Below, one piece after another: positions 29,015 to 37,236 of a stretch of 45,609 nucleotides of DNA. Location: assembly GCA_030873995.1 (NCBI GenBank), contig GCA_030873995.1_4701.1. The stretch is one strand, 5' to 3'. The stretch is from a phage. The notes beneath the pieces were generated by a model. The model saw only the letters and a list, made by a program, of their open reading frames with translations, was not told the DNA's origin and made no database searches. The number at the start of each line of letters is the position of its first letter. Positions within the stretch are counted from its first letter, which is position 1. A program made the translations under genes and the position numbers.

Positions 29015-29128
29015 ATGGAAAAGCTATACAACTTTATCTTTTCAGACGGTGTAACCCTGAAGTGTTCCCTACGATTCGCACAAATTCGTGAGGAAGTACT
29101 AGGCACTACATACAAACTATTTAGCTGA
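29015..29128 (+). CDS. small ORF (37 aa) directly after ocr
   Basis: ATG 2 nt after the ocr stop; no homology recognised. Confidence 0.35.
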   Translation: MEKLYNFIFSDGVTLKCSLRFAQIREEVLGTTYKLFS

Positions 29129-29141
29129 CACTATAAGAGAA
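29119..29141 (+). promoter_or_regulatory. variant phage-RNAP promoter candidate with A at +1
   Basis: ATTTAGCTGACACTATAAGAGAA; three mismatches at -12 to -10; lies in the early region upstream of the RNAP gene. Confidence 0.4.
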
Positions 29142-29204
29142 GGCTTAACAAGGCGTTGCTACGGTAGCGCCTGATTAAACTTTCACTTACTAGGAGTTAA
29201 GACT

Positions 29205-29432
29205 ATGGATTTAGATAGCATCATTATGGCATTTGCTCTTATTGGCTTAAGCTGGTGCTCCTATCACCTTTACCGTGAGTTCTTATTTGATAAAGCTAAA
29301 CGCAAACTAAGAAAGGAAGGCGGTAATTACCTTTGTGTAAGAGGTGGGCTTGTAGAATACATTGCACCTAACGGCACGGAATGCGCCATTAGCAAAGATG
29401 CATTTATAGAAACGTGGCATTACATCAAGTAA
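29205..29432 (+). CDS. early small membrane protein (75 aa)
   Basis: AGGAG RBS; N-terminal TM helix IIMAFALIGLSWCSY. Confidence 0.55.
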   Translation: MDLDSIIMAFALIGLSWCSYHLYREFLFDKAKRKLRKEGGNYLCVRGGLVEYIAPNGTECAISKDAFIETWHYIK

Positions 29433-29495
29433 CTAGCCTATAGCCTACCTGAGTGGGCTATGTGATATTTACTTACACTATATAAGGTGACTATT

Positions 29496-30419
29496 ATGAC
29501 TACTGAAAACACCCTCCTGTCTGTTCGTGAAGCTGCAACCGCTGAAATCAAGCAGCACTTAGACAATATCGGCACTTCTTACATCAAAGTTGGCGCTTGT
29601 CTGAATGAATTACGCGGTGATTTCGAAGGTCAAAAAGACTTTTTAGCTTATGTAGAATCAGAGTTTGGCATCAAGAAAGCACAATGCTACAAGCTGATGA
29701 GTGTAGCCCGTGTCTTTGAAGGAGACGAACGCTTTAAAGGTGTGGCTATGCGTGTAATGCTGGCGCTTGTTCCTTTCGCTGATGAAAATATAATCATGGA
29801 GAAGGCCGCAGAACTCGCCGCAGCTGGCAAGCTGGACACTAATGCCGTAAATGCCCTGATTGATCCTAAGAAAGAGACAAAGGCCGAGACGGTACAATCT
29901 AAGGCTGAGACAGTAAAACCGCAGGAGAACGCGACTGAGGCCGCAGAAACTATGCAAGGACATGCAACCTTTGAGGATTTCATCTTAGAGAAGGCGAAGG
30001 AGGAGTTACAAAGTGTGCCGCCAGTAAGTGAGTCGGGTAACGACGAATCCGCACCGTGGGAAGATGAAAGCAAGCCGGAAGGCACAAAGGCAGCACCGCT
30101 GGATAACACGGTTAATACCGAAAACGCCGCTATTGCTGGTCTGCTGGCACAAATTAAAGCACTGACCGAGCAATTACAGGCAGCTAATGACCGCATTGCC
30201 TCCTTAAGCAGCGCACGCGAAAGCAAGAAAGCAGCCGCGCCTATGCTGCCGCAATTCAAATCTTCCTGCTTCTATGCTCGCTTAGGTTTAAGCGCTGAGG
30301 AGGCAACGAAGAAAACAGCAGTTAACAAGGCACGCCGCGAACTGGTTAAGCTAGGCTACGGCGAAGGCCATGAAGCATGGCCCTTAATCTCTGAGGCAGT
30401 AGAAGAATTAACTAAGTAA
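29496..30419 (+). CDS. early protein of unknown function (307 aa) immediately upstream of the RNAP gene
   Basis: AAGGTG RBS; Ala/Glu-rich low-complexity middle; occupies the T7 gene 0.7 position but has no kinase motifs. Confidence 0.6.
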   Translation: MTTENTLLSVREAATAEIKQHLDNIGTSYIKVGACLNELRGDFEGQKDFLAYVESEFGIKKAQCYKLMSVARVFEGDERFKGVAMRVMLALVPFADENIIMEKAAELAAAGKLDTNAVNALIDPKKETKAETVQSKAETVKPQENATEAAETMQGHATFEDFILEKAKEELQSVPPVSESGNDESAPWEDESKPEGTKAAPLDNTVNTENAAIAGLLAQIKALTEQLQAANDRIASLSSARESKKAAAPMLPQFKSSCFYARLGLSAEEATKKTAVNKARRELVKLGYGEGHEAWPLISEAVEELTK

Positions 30420-30482
30420 CCTTATCGGTGGCATCTTCTTAGGTGTCACCTATTAAGGTTTCTTTCACTAGGAGTAAACAAG

Positions 30483-33110
30483 ATGCAAGACCTACACGCT
30501 ATTCAACTTCAACTTGAAGAAGAAATGTTTAACGGAGGTATCCGTCGCTTTGAAGCGGACCAACAACGCCAGATTGCATCCGGTAATGAATCCGACACGG
30601 CATGGAATCGCCGCTTATTGTCTGAGTTAATCGCGCCAATGGCTGAAGGCATTCAGGCATACAAGGAAGAGTATGAAGGTAAAAGAGGCCGTGCACCGCG
30701 TGCATTAGCTTTCATTAACTGCGTAGAAAACGAAGTGGCAGCATATATCACGATGAAAATCGTTATGGATATGCTGAACACGGATGTAACCTTGCAGGCT
30801 ATAGCCATGAATGTAGCTGACCGCATTGAGGACCAAGTACGTTTTAGCAAGCTGGAAGGTCACGCCGCCAAATACTTTGAGAAAGTTAAGAAGTCACTTA
30901 AGGCAAGTAAGACTAAATCATATCGCCATGCGCACAACGTAGCGGTCGTGGCTGAGAAGTCAGTAGCTGACCGTGACGCTGATTTCTCTCGCTGGGAGGC
31001 GTGGCCTAAAGATACCTTGCTACAAATCGGTATGACCTTGCTAGAAATACTGGAAAATAGTGTATTCTTCAATGGTCAGCCTGTCTTTCTTCGCACCTTG
31101 CGCACTAATGGTGGCAAGCATGGCGTTTACTACTTACAGACTAGCGAACACGTGGGTGAATGGATAACTGCATTTAAAGAGCACGTAGCTCAGCTGAGTC
31201 CAGCCTATGCGCCTTGCGTTATTCCTCCTCGTCCGTGGGTTTCTCCGTTTAATGGTGGCTTCCATACCGAGAAAGTGGCGAGTCGTATTCGTCTGGTTAA
31301 AGGAAACCGCGAGCACGTCCGCAAGCTGACCAAAAAGCAAATGCCAGCGGTTTACAAGGCTGTTAACGCTTTGCAGGCGACTAAGTGGCAGGTTAATAAA
31401 GAGGTTTTGCAGGTAGTAGAGGACGTTATCCGTCTCGACCTTGGTTATGGTGTGCCTTCCTTTAAACCGCTCATCGACCGTGAGAACAAGCCAGCTAATC
31501 CAGTGCCGTTAGAGTTCCAGCACCTGCGAGGCCGTGAACTTAAAGAGATGCTAACGCCGGAACAATGGCAAGCCTTCATCAACTGGAAAGGCGAATGTAC
31601 CAAGCTGTATACCGCTGAAACTAAGCGCGGCAGCAAGTCGGCGGCAACCGTTCGTATGGTCGGGCAGGCCCGTAAATACAGCCAGTTTGACGCAATATAC
31701 TTCGTGTATGCACTGGATAGCCGTTCACGCGTTTATGCGCAATCTAGCACGCTCTCGCCGCAATCAAACGACTTAGGCAAGGCATTGCTCCGTTTTACCG
31801 AAGGGCAGCGTCTTGATAGCGCTGAGGCGCTTAAGTGGTTTTTGGTGAACGGGGCGAATAACTGGGGTTGGGATAAGAAAACTTTTGACGTGCGCACCTC
31901 TAACGTGCTGGATGGCGAATTTCAAGACATGTGCCGCGACATTGCAGCCGATCCGCTGACCTTCACTCAATGGGTAAATGCTGATTCCCCTTACGGCTTC
32001 CTTGCATGGTGCTTTGAATATGCGCGTTATCTGGATGCACTGGATGAAGGCACGCAAGACCAATTCATGACGCACCTACCCGTCCATCAAGACGGTAGTT
32101 GCTCTGGTATCCAGCACTATAGCGCGATGTTACGCGATGAAGTAGGTGCGAAAGCAGTAAACCTTAAGCCTTCTGACTTCCCTCAAGATATTTATGGCGC
32201 GGTTGCGCAGGTTGTTATCCAGAAGAATTACGCCTACATGAATGCAGACGATGCAGAGACTTTCACATCTGGAAGCGTCACACTTACAGGTGCAGAACTG
32301 CGTAGCATGGCTAGTGCGTGGGATATGATAGGAATAACTCGCGGATTGACCAAAAAGCCCGTAATGACACTACCTTATGGCAGCACACGTCTAACCTGCC
32401 GTGAATCAGTGATTGATTATATCGTTGATTTGGAAGAAAAAGAGGCCCAACGAGCTATTGCGGAAGGGCGTACCGCCAATCCTGTACACCCTTTTGATAA
32501 TGACCGTAAGGACAGCCTGACACCTAGCGCAGCTTATAACTATATGACAGCTTTAATCTGGCCTTCTATTTCGGAAGTGGTTAAAGCTCCTATAGTGGCA
32601 ATGAAAATGATTCGTCAGCTTGCCCGTTTCGCAGCTAAAAGGAATGAAGGCTTAGAGTATACCTTGCCTACTGGCTTCATCTTGCAACAAAAGATTATGG
32701 CTACTGATATGCTCCGCGTATCCACTTGCCTGATGGGAGAAATCAAGATGAGTCTACAGATTGAAACGGACGTAGTGGATGAAACGGCTATGATGGGCGC
32801 TGCTGCTCCTAACTTTGTGCATGGTCATGATGCCAGTCACCTTATCTTAACAGTCTGCGACCTTGTTGATAAAGGGATTACATCTATCGCAGTCATTCAT
32901 GATTCTTTCGGTACTCACGCAGGCCGTACAGCCGATCTTCGTGATAGCTTAAGGGCAGAAATGGTGAAGATGTATCAAGGCCGTAATGCCCTGCAAAGCC
33001 TGTTAGATGAGCATGAAGAACGCTGGTTAGTAGACACCGGAATCCAAGTGCCAGAGCAAGGAGAGTTTGACCTTAACGAAATCTTAGTATCTGACTATTG
33101 CTTCGCATAA
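30483..33110 (+). CDS. single-subunit DNA-dependent RNA polymerase (T7/SP6 type)
   Basis: 875 aa; [17 protein letters not shown] and HDSFGT catalytic motifs; C-terminus ends CFA. Confidence 0.95.
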   Translation: MQDLHAIQLQLEEEMFNGGIRRFEADQQRQIASGNESDTAWNRRLLSELIAPMAEGIQAYKEEYEGKRGRAPRALAFINCVENEVAAYITMKIVMDMLNTDVTLQAIAMNVADRIEDQVRFSKLEGHAAKYFEKVKKSLKASKTKSYRHAHNVAVVAEKSVADRDADFSRWEAWPKDTLLQIGMTLLEILENSVFFNGQPVFLRTLRTNGGKHGVYYLQTSEHVGEWITAFKEHVAQLSPAYAPCVIPPRPWVSPFNGGFHTEKVASRIRLVKGNREHVRKLTKKQMPAVYKAVNALQATKWQVNKEVLQVVEDVIRLDLGYGVPSFKPLIDRENKPANPVPLEFQHLRGRELKEMLTPEQWQAFINWKGECTKLYTAETKRGSKSAATVRMVGQARKYSQFDAIYFVYALDSRSRVYAQSSTLSPQSNDLGKALLRFTEGQRLDSAEALKWFLVNGANNWGWDKKTFDVRTSNVLDGEFQDMCRDIAADPLTFTQWVNADSPYGFLAWCFEYARYLDALDEGTQDQFMTHLPVHQDGSCSGIQHYSAMLRDEVGAKAVNLKPSDFPQDIYGAVAQVVIQKNYAYMNADDAETFTSGSVTLTGAELRSMASAWDMIGITRGLTKKPVMTLPYGSTRLTCRESVIDYIVDLEEKEAQRAIAEGRTANPVHPFDNDRKDSLTPSAAYNYMTALIWPSISEVVKAPIVAMKMIRQLARFAAKRNEGLEYTLPTGFILQQKIMATDMLRVSTCLMGEIKMSLQIETDVVDETAMMGAAAPNFVHGHDASHLILTVCDLVDKGITSIAVIHDSFGTHAGRTADLRDSLRAEMVKMYQGRNALQSLLDEHEERWLVDTGIQVPEQGEFDLNEILVSDYCFA

Positions 33111-33118
33111 TATTAATA

Positions 33119-33149
33119 GGCCATTCCTTCGGGAGTGGCCTTTTCTTTT
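33119..33149 (+). terminator. intrinsic terminator after the RNAP gene (early terminator analog)
   Basis: 9-bp stem GGCCATTCC/GGAGTGGCC with UUCG tetraloop, then TTTTCTTTT. Confidence 0.8.
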
Positions 33150-33183
33150 ACCTACTACCGGTAACATTTCATTAACATAAAGT

Positions 33184-33199
33184 GTCTCACATGTGAGAC
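33184..33199 (+). repeat. 16-bp perfect palindrome (copy 2), abuts promoter 33202
   Basis: Read directly. Confidence 0.9.
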
Positions 33200-33201
33200 T
33201 T

Positions 33202-33224
33202 ATTTACCGGACACTATAGGATAG
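33202..33224 (+). promoter_or_regulatory. phage-RNAP promoter (origin-flanking, upstream copy)
   Basis: ATTTACCGGACACTATAGGATAG; C at -11; palindrome 33184..33199 abuts it. Confidence 0.75.
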
Positions 33225-33364
33225 CCGTCGGAGACGGGAAAGAAAGGGAAGATAAAGGATATAAAGGAAGTAATAGGTATTAAAGGTTATATAGGTTATC
33301 TAGGAATACCTATTACCTTCTTCTTTCCTCTTATTACCACTTAGAGGAAGGGCAGATCTAGGTT
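33225..33364 (+). other. candidate primary origin of replication: AT/purine-rich repeat region between twin phage promoters
   Basis: GAAAGAAAGGGAAGATAAAGGATATAAAGGAAG and AGGTTATATAGGTTA repeats with a long imperfect inverted repeat; same arrangement as the T7 primary origin. Confidence 0.45.
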
Positions 33365-33380
33365 GTCTCACATGTGAGAC
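33365..33380 (+). repeat. 16-bp perfect palindrome (copy 3), abuts promoter 33386
   Basis: Read directly. Confidence 0.9.
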
Positions 33381-33385
33381 TTCGT

Positions 33386-33408
33386 ATTTACCGGACAGTA
33401 TAGATAAG
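33386..33408 (+). promoter_or_regulatory. phage-RNAP promoter (origin-flanking, downstream copy)
   Basis: ATTTACCGGACAGTATAGATAAG; G at -5; palindrome 33365..33380 abuts it. Confidence 0.6.
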
Positions 33409-33433
33409 ACTAACTTACTTTGGAGATTTAACC

Positions 33434-33562
33434 ATGCGTAACTTTGAGAAGATGACCCGTAAAGCTAACCGTTTTGACATGGAAGAAGGGCAGAAGAAAG
33501 GCAAGAAGCTGAATAAACCTGTCCGTGACCGTGCATCTAAACGCGCTGCGTGGGAGTTCTAA
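33434..33562 (+). CDS. T7 gp1.1-like small basic protein
   Basis: 42 aa MRNFEKMTRKANR... matches the T7 gp1.1 N-terminus as recalled; same position after RNAP and twin promoters. Confidence 0.6.
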   Translation: MRNFEKMTRKANRFDMEEGQKKGKKLNKPVRDRASKRAAWEF

Positions 33563-33565
33563 GTT

Positions 33566-35554
33566 ATGGCTATTATTCAGAATGTACCGTGTCCTGCTTG
33601 CCAAAAGAACGGACATGATATTACTGGCAATCATTTAATGATCTTTGACGACGGGGCAGGGTACTGTAACCGTGGTCACTTCCATGATAACGGTAAACCT
33701 TATTACCACAAGCCGGAAGGTGGCATCGAGATAACCGAGTTACCTATTACTGGCAATATCAAATATACACCTTCTCAATTCAAAGAAATGGAGAAGGAAG
33801 GGAAGATAAGCGACCCTAAGCTACGCGCCATCGCACTTGGTGGTATGCGTATGAAAGACCGTTGGGAGGTTATGAATGAGCAAGAAAGGGCAGACCAAGA
33901 AGCAGAGTGGAAACTTGATGTTGAATGGTTCCTCACGCTTAAGCGTAAGAACCTTGTATCCCGTCACATTCGAGGTGACATCGCAGCAATGTACGATGTG
34001 CGCGTTGGACACGATGAAGAGGGAAGAGTCAACCGTCACTATTATCCACGATATGAAAAGGGTGTGTTTGTTGGAGCAAAATGCCGGACGTTGCCGAAGG
34101 ATTTTAAGTTCGGACACCTAGGTAAACTCTTTGGTATGCAAGACCTTTTCGGTATGAACACTTTGTCTCACGTGTTAGACAAGGGGAGACGAAAGGATTG
34201 CTTGCTTATTGTAGGCGGTGAACTTGATGCACTAGCAGCGCAGCAGATGCTCCTTGATTCTGCCAAAGGTACTAAGTGGGAAGGTCAGCCATACCATGTA
34301 TGGTCTGTCAATAAAGGTGAGTCTTGCCTTGAAGAGATAGTGCAAAACCGTGAGCACATAGCCCAATTCAAGAAGATTATATGGGGCTTTGATGGCGACG
34401 AGGTGGGGCAGAAGCAGAACCAACAAGCTGCTCGCCTGTTTCCTGGCAAATCCTACATCCTCGAATATCCATCTGGTTGCAAAGATGCTAACAAGGCATT
34501 GATGGCTGGCAAGGCTAAAGAGTTTGTAGATGCATGGTTTAATGCCAAGTCATCTGATGAAGTCTTTGGTAGCCAGATTAAATCTATCGCATCTCAAAGG
34601 GATAAGCTCAAGGCTGCACGTCCAGAGCAAGGACTATCATGGCCTTGGCCTAAGCTGAACAAGGTAACGCTAGGTATTCGTAAGAACCAACTTATCATTG
34701 TAGGCGCAGGCTCTGGTGTAGGTAAGACTGAGTTCCTTCGTGAAGTAGTTAAGCACCTCATTGAAGAACACGGTGAATCTGTAGGCATCATTTCTACAGA
34801 AGACCCGATGGTCAAGGTGTCCCGTGCTTTTATCGGCAAGTGGATTGATAAGCGTATTGAGTTACCGCCAACCAACGACCCGAAAGAAGATGGATACCGT
34901 GAGGTGTTCGACTACACCGAGGAAGAGGCTAACGCCGCCATTGATTATGTAGCTGATACAGGTAAGCTGTTTGTAGCTGACCTAGAGGGTGACTATTCGA
35001 TGGAAAAGGTAGAGCAAACTTGCCTAGAGTTTGAGGCTATGGGCATTTCTAATATCATCATTGATAACTTAACGGGGATTAAATTAGATGAGCGTGCTTT
35101 TGGTGGGAAGGTTGGTGCACTTGATGAATGCGTCAAGCGGATTGGTACTATCAAAGACCGACACCCGGTTACTATATTCCTTGTATCACACCTTACACGT
35201 CCTCCGGCAAACCGTACCCAACACGAAGAAGGTGGCGAGGTTATCCTTTCTGACTTCCGAGGTTCAGGCGCTATCGGATTCTGGGCATCTTACGCCTTGG
35301 GGATTGAGCGTAATACAAGAGCTGAAACGCTTGATGAACGGACTACCACGTACATCTCATGTGTCAAAGACCGCGACCAAGGTATCTACACTGGAACCAA
35401 GGTCATGCTTAAGGGTGACATTCAAACCGGACGTTTAATGGAACCACAAGCCCGTACTAAGTCATTTGATACAGGTGAAGCAAGGCAACAAGAAGTGCCG
35501 GATTTACCGGACACTATAGAAGAGACAACTTTTGACGATGAACAGGAGTTTTAA
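33566..35554 (+). CDS. DNA primase/helicase (gp4-like)
   Basis: 662 aa; N-terminal Cys4 zinc ribbon, Walker A GAGSGVGKT; acidic C-terminus ending DDEQEF. Confidence 0.9.
   Translation: MAIIQNVPCPACQKNGHDITGNHLMIFDDGAGYCNRGHFHDNGKPYYHKPEGGIEITELPITGNIKYTPSQFKEMEKEGKISDPKLRAIALGGMRMKDRWEVMNEQERADQEAEWKLDVEWFLTLKRKNLVSRHIRGDIAAMYDVRVGHDEEGRVNRHYYPRYEKGVFVGAKCRTLPKDFKFGHLGKLFGMQDLFGMNTLSHVLDKGRRKDCLLIVGGELDALAAQQMLLDSAKGTKWEGQPYHVWSVNKGESCLEEIVQNREHIAQFKKIIWGFDGDEVGQKQNQQAARLFPGKSYILEYPSGCKDANKALMAGKAKEFVDAWFNAKSSDEVFGSQIKSIASQRDKLKAARPEQGLSWPWPKLNKVTLGIRKNQLIIVGAGSGVGKTEFLREVVKHLIEEHGESVGIISTEDPMVKVSRAFIGKWIDKRIELPPTNDPKEDGYREVFDYTEEEANAAIDYVADTGKLFVADLEGDYSMEKVEQTCLEFEAMGISNIIIDNLTGIKLDERAFGGKVGALDECVKRIGTIKDRHPVTIFLVSHLTRPPANRTQHEEGGEVILSDFRGSGAIGFWASYALGIERNTRAETLDERTTTYISCVKDRDQGIYTGTKVMLKGDIQTGRLMEPQARTKSFDTGEARQQEVPDLPDTIEETTFDDEQEF
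35502..35524 (+). promoter_or_regulatory. phage-RNAP promoter embedded in the primase/helicase C-terminal coding tail
   Basis: ATTTACCGGACACTATAGAAGAG, encodes DLPDTIEE. Confidence 0.75.
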
Positions 35555-35715
35555 TGGAAATTATTAAACCAGTATTGAATATCGGTATTGAGATCCTATT
35601 CATGCTTGTGATCGCAGATTATGCTGCACGATATGGCTTCAAGAAAGCAGTGAAACTTATCGTTGCATCTGGTTTTATGATGTCAATGTTCTTTATTGTA
35701 ACACGCCTTATCTAG
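35554..35715 (+). CDS. small membrane protein (53 aa)
   Basis: TAATG coupling to the primase/helicase stop; two hydrophobic segments. Confidence 0.45.
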   Translation: MEIIKPVLNIGIEILFMLVIADYAARYGFKKAVKLIVASGFMMSMFFIVTRLI

Positions 35716-35732
35716 TGTATTTATCAGGGCTT

Positions 35733-35748
35733 GTCTCACATGTGAGAC
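35733..35748 (+). repeat. 16-bp perfect palindrome (copy 4), extended stem
   Basis: Read directly. Confidence 0.9.
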
Positions 35749-35787
35749 AGGCTCTTATTAAGTACATTAAATAACTGGAGATTGATT

Positions 35788-36471
35788 ATGTATAAATTAG
35801 TATTGAATGTAGGTGATTATGTTCGTAACATCAATGAAGCCTCACGTCGTTATCGTTGCCGTGGTGTAGTGGCTCGTGTAAGTGAGAACATGTATCATGT
35901 AGAATATGATGATGGTATTAAGGCTTCTTATCACAAGAAAACCGCACATAAATATCTTGAAAAGGTTGTAGAGGTAAACAATCAATGTAAGTGCATACAT
36001 GATGAGGTTTGCGATAAATGTGCTCGCCAGATGCTTAAGAATTTCCTAGCCCCTCTTTATTATGGTGCTGGTCCTCAAACACTAGCAGAGTACATGGCAG
36101 AAAAGAAAACCACACTCAAGAAAGAGCGTCGCAATGTAATCACTGGTAAGACTCAAAGTGGGATGATTAAGCAATGTGGCACTGCATTAGGTGTTACACA
36201 GTTCAATACTCGTGCATTGGGTAAATCCACAGGGCAAGCTATGGTGAAAATTGGTGAAGCTATGATGCACCCAAATGTGCCTGTGCGAATCTTGGATGTT
36301 GACCATGCAATCACAGAGCATGGCACACCACGGCGTGTAGCTAATAATCATTTCGCCGACACTATAGAAGGTATTATTCGTAAGCAAGGGTTGAAGGGTC
36401 TTCACATCTTAAATGGTGAAGAATTACTGTACCTACCTATCGTTACTGAAGAAACATACGTGAATATCTAA
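35788..36471 (+). CDS. hypothetical protein (227 aa)
   Basis: GGAG RBS before ATG 35788; Cys cluster CKCIHDEVCDKC; contains a degenerate promoter-like site. Confidence 0.55.
   Translation: MYKLVLNVGDYVRNINEASRRYRCRGVVARVSENMYHVEYDDGIKASYHKKTAHKYLEKVVEVNNQCKCIHDEVCDKCARQMLKNFLAPLYYGAGPQTLAEYMAEKKTTLKKERRNVITGKTQSGMIKQCGTALGVTQFNTRALGKSTGQAMVKIGEAMMHPNVPVRILDVDHAITEHGTPRRVANNHFADTIEGIIRKQGLKGLHILNGEELLYLPIVTEETYVNI
36350..36372 (+). promoter_or_regulatory. degenerate promoter-like site inside CDS 35788..36471
   Basis: ATTTCGCCGACACTATAGAAGGT; four mismatches at -13 to -10. Confidence 0.25.
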
Positions 36472-36481
36472 GGAGTTAATC

Positions 36482-36700
36482 ATGACTAAGGTATTAATTT
36501 ATATGCGTGGACCTCATAAATGCTATGCAGTTGTAGCACCAAATGGCGTTAAGCCTTATCGTACTTCAAAAAGATTGGCATTAATAGGTGCTAGTAGTAG
36601 TGCAAGTTTCCAAATGGAACTTTTTGGTCATTGGACTGAAAGGCAATTCCGTGAGGATTTTAAAGTCATTGGCAGTTTCATGGTGAAATATGCAGAATAA
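36482..36700 (+). CDS. hypothetical protein (72 aa)
   Basis: AAGGAG RBS. Confidence 0.5.
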   Translation: MTKVLIYMRGPHKCYAVVAPNGVKPYRTSKRLALIGASSSASFQMELFGHWTERQFREDFKVIGSFMVKYAE

Positions 36701-36866
36701 ACATAGTCTTAGAATGTTCGATGGTCATGAAGACCTGCAAGCCAAGATTACTAACCAAGCCTTCCTGTTCGCACAGTTAACTATGGCTGAGGCCAAGAAG
36801 AATAGTCTCACTCGTGAACAGGTTATCAAGGAAAGTGAAGTGAAACGTAAGATTCGCAGTCGATAA
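36690..36866 (+). CDS. small ORF (58 aa)
   Basis: Overlaps the upstream stop; followed by an extended hairpin; below track threshold. Confidence 0.3.
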   Translation: MQNKHSLRMFDGHEDLQAKITNQAFLFAQLTMAEAKKNSLTREQVIKESEVKRKIRSR

Positions 36867-36876
36867 GTCAAGGGTT

Positions 36877-36892
36877 GTCTCACGTGTGAGAC
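36877..36892 (+). repeat. 16-bp near-palindrome GTCTCACGTGTGAGAC (copy 5), extended stem
   Basis: Read directly. Confidence 0.9.
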
Positions 36893-36923
36893 AGCCTTTT
36901 ATCATGTTGATTGGAGGTGCATT

Positions 36924-37031
36924 ATGCCACGTGATTATGATTCTGATTGGGACTACTATGACTCAATGAATCCAAAACCAGAACGTTCAGATGATTACTA
37001 CGAAACAGAGGCAATGTATGAAAACTATTAA
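36924..37031 (+). CDS. small acidic Tyr/Asp-rich peptide (35 aa)
   Basis: GGAGGTG RBS; MPRDYDSDWDYYDS... Confidence 0.35.
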   Translation: MPRDYDSDWDYYDSMNPKPERSDDYYETEAMYENY

Positions 37032-37236
37032 AGTCAGTAAGGTTTGCTCTTGCGGTAAAGGTTATCGCAGTCGTATTGATGGTAAGTGTGGACATTGTAG
37101 GTCTAAGAAAGAGGCTGCTTTGTTTGACAAGTACCACAATGAATTAGCCTATAACTACCCACATCTAACACCTAATTCTTTATTAGGGCTTGGTTATAGG
37201 GCTAAATACTTTGGAGCAATCTATGAAATCAATTGA
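37018..37236 (+). CDS. small zinc-ribbon-like protein (72 aa)
   Basis: CSCG...CGHC motif; AGAGG RBS; overlaps the DNAP start. Confidence 0.45.
   Translation: MKTIKVSKVCSCGKGYRSRIDGKCGHCRSKKEAALFDKYHNELAYNYPHLTPNSLLGLGYRAKYFGAIYEIN

Noticed and set aside
29466-29488. Promoter-like TATTTACTTACACTATA-T just upstream of the 307-aa early gene
   Set aside because: Seven mismatches to the consensus once aligned on CACTATA, and T at +1; looks like a decayed or chance copy.
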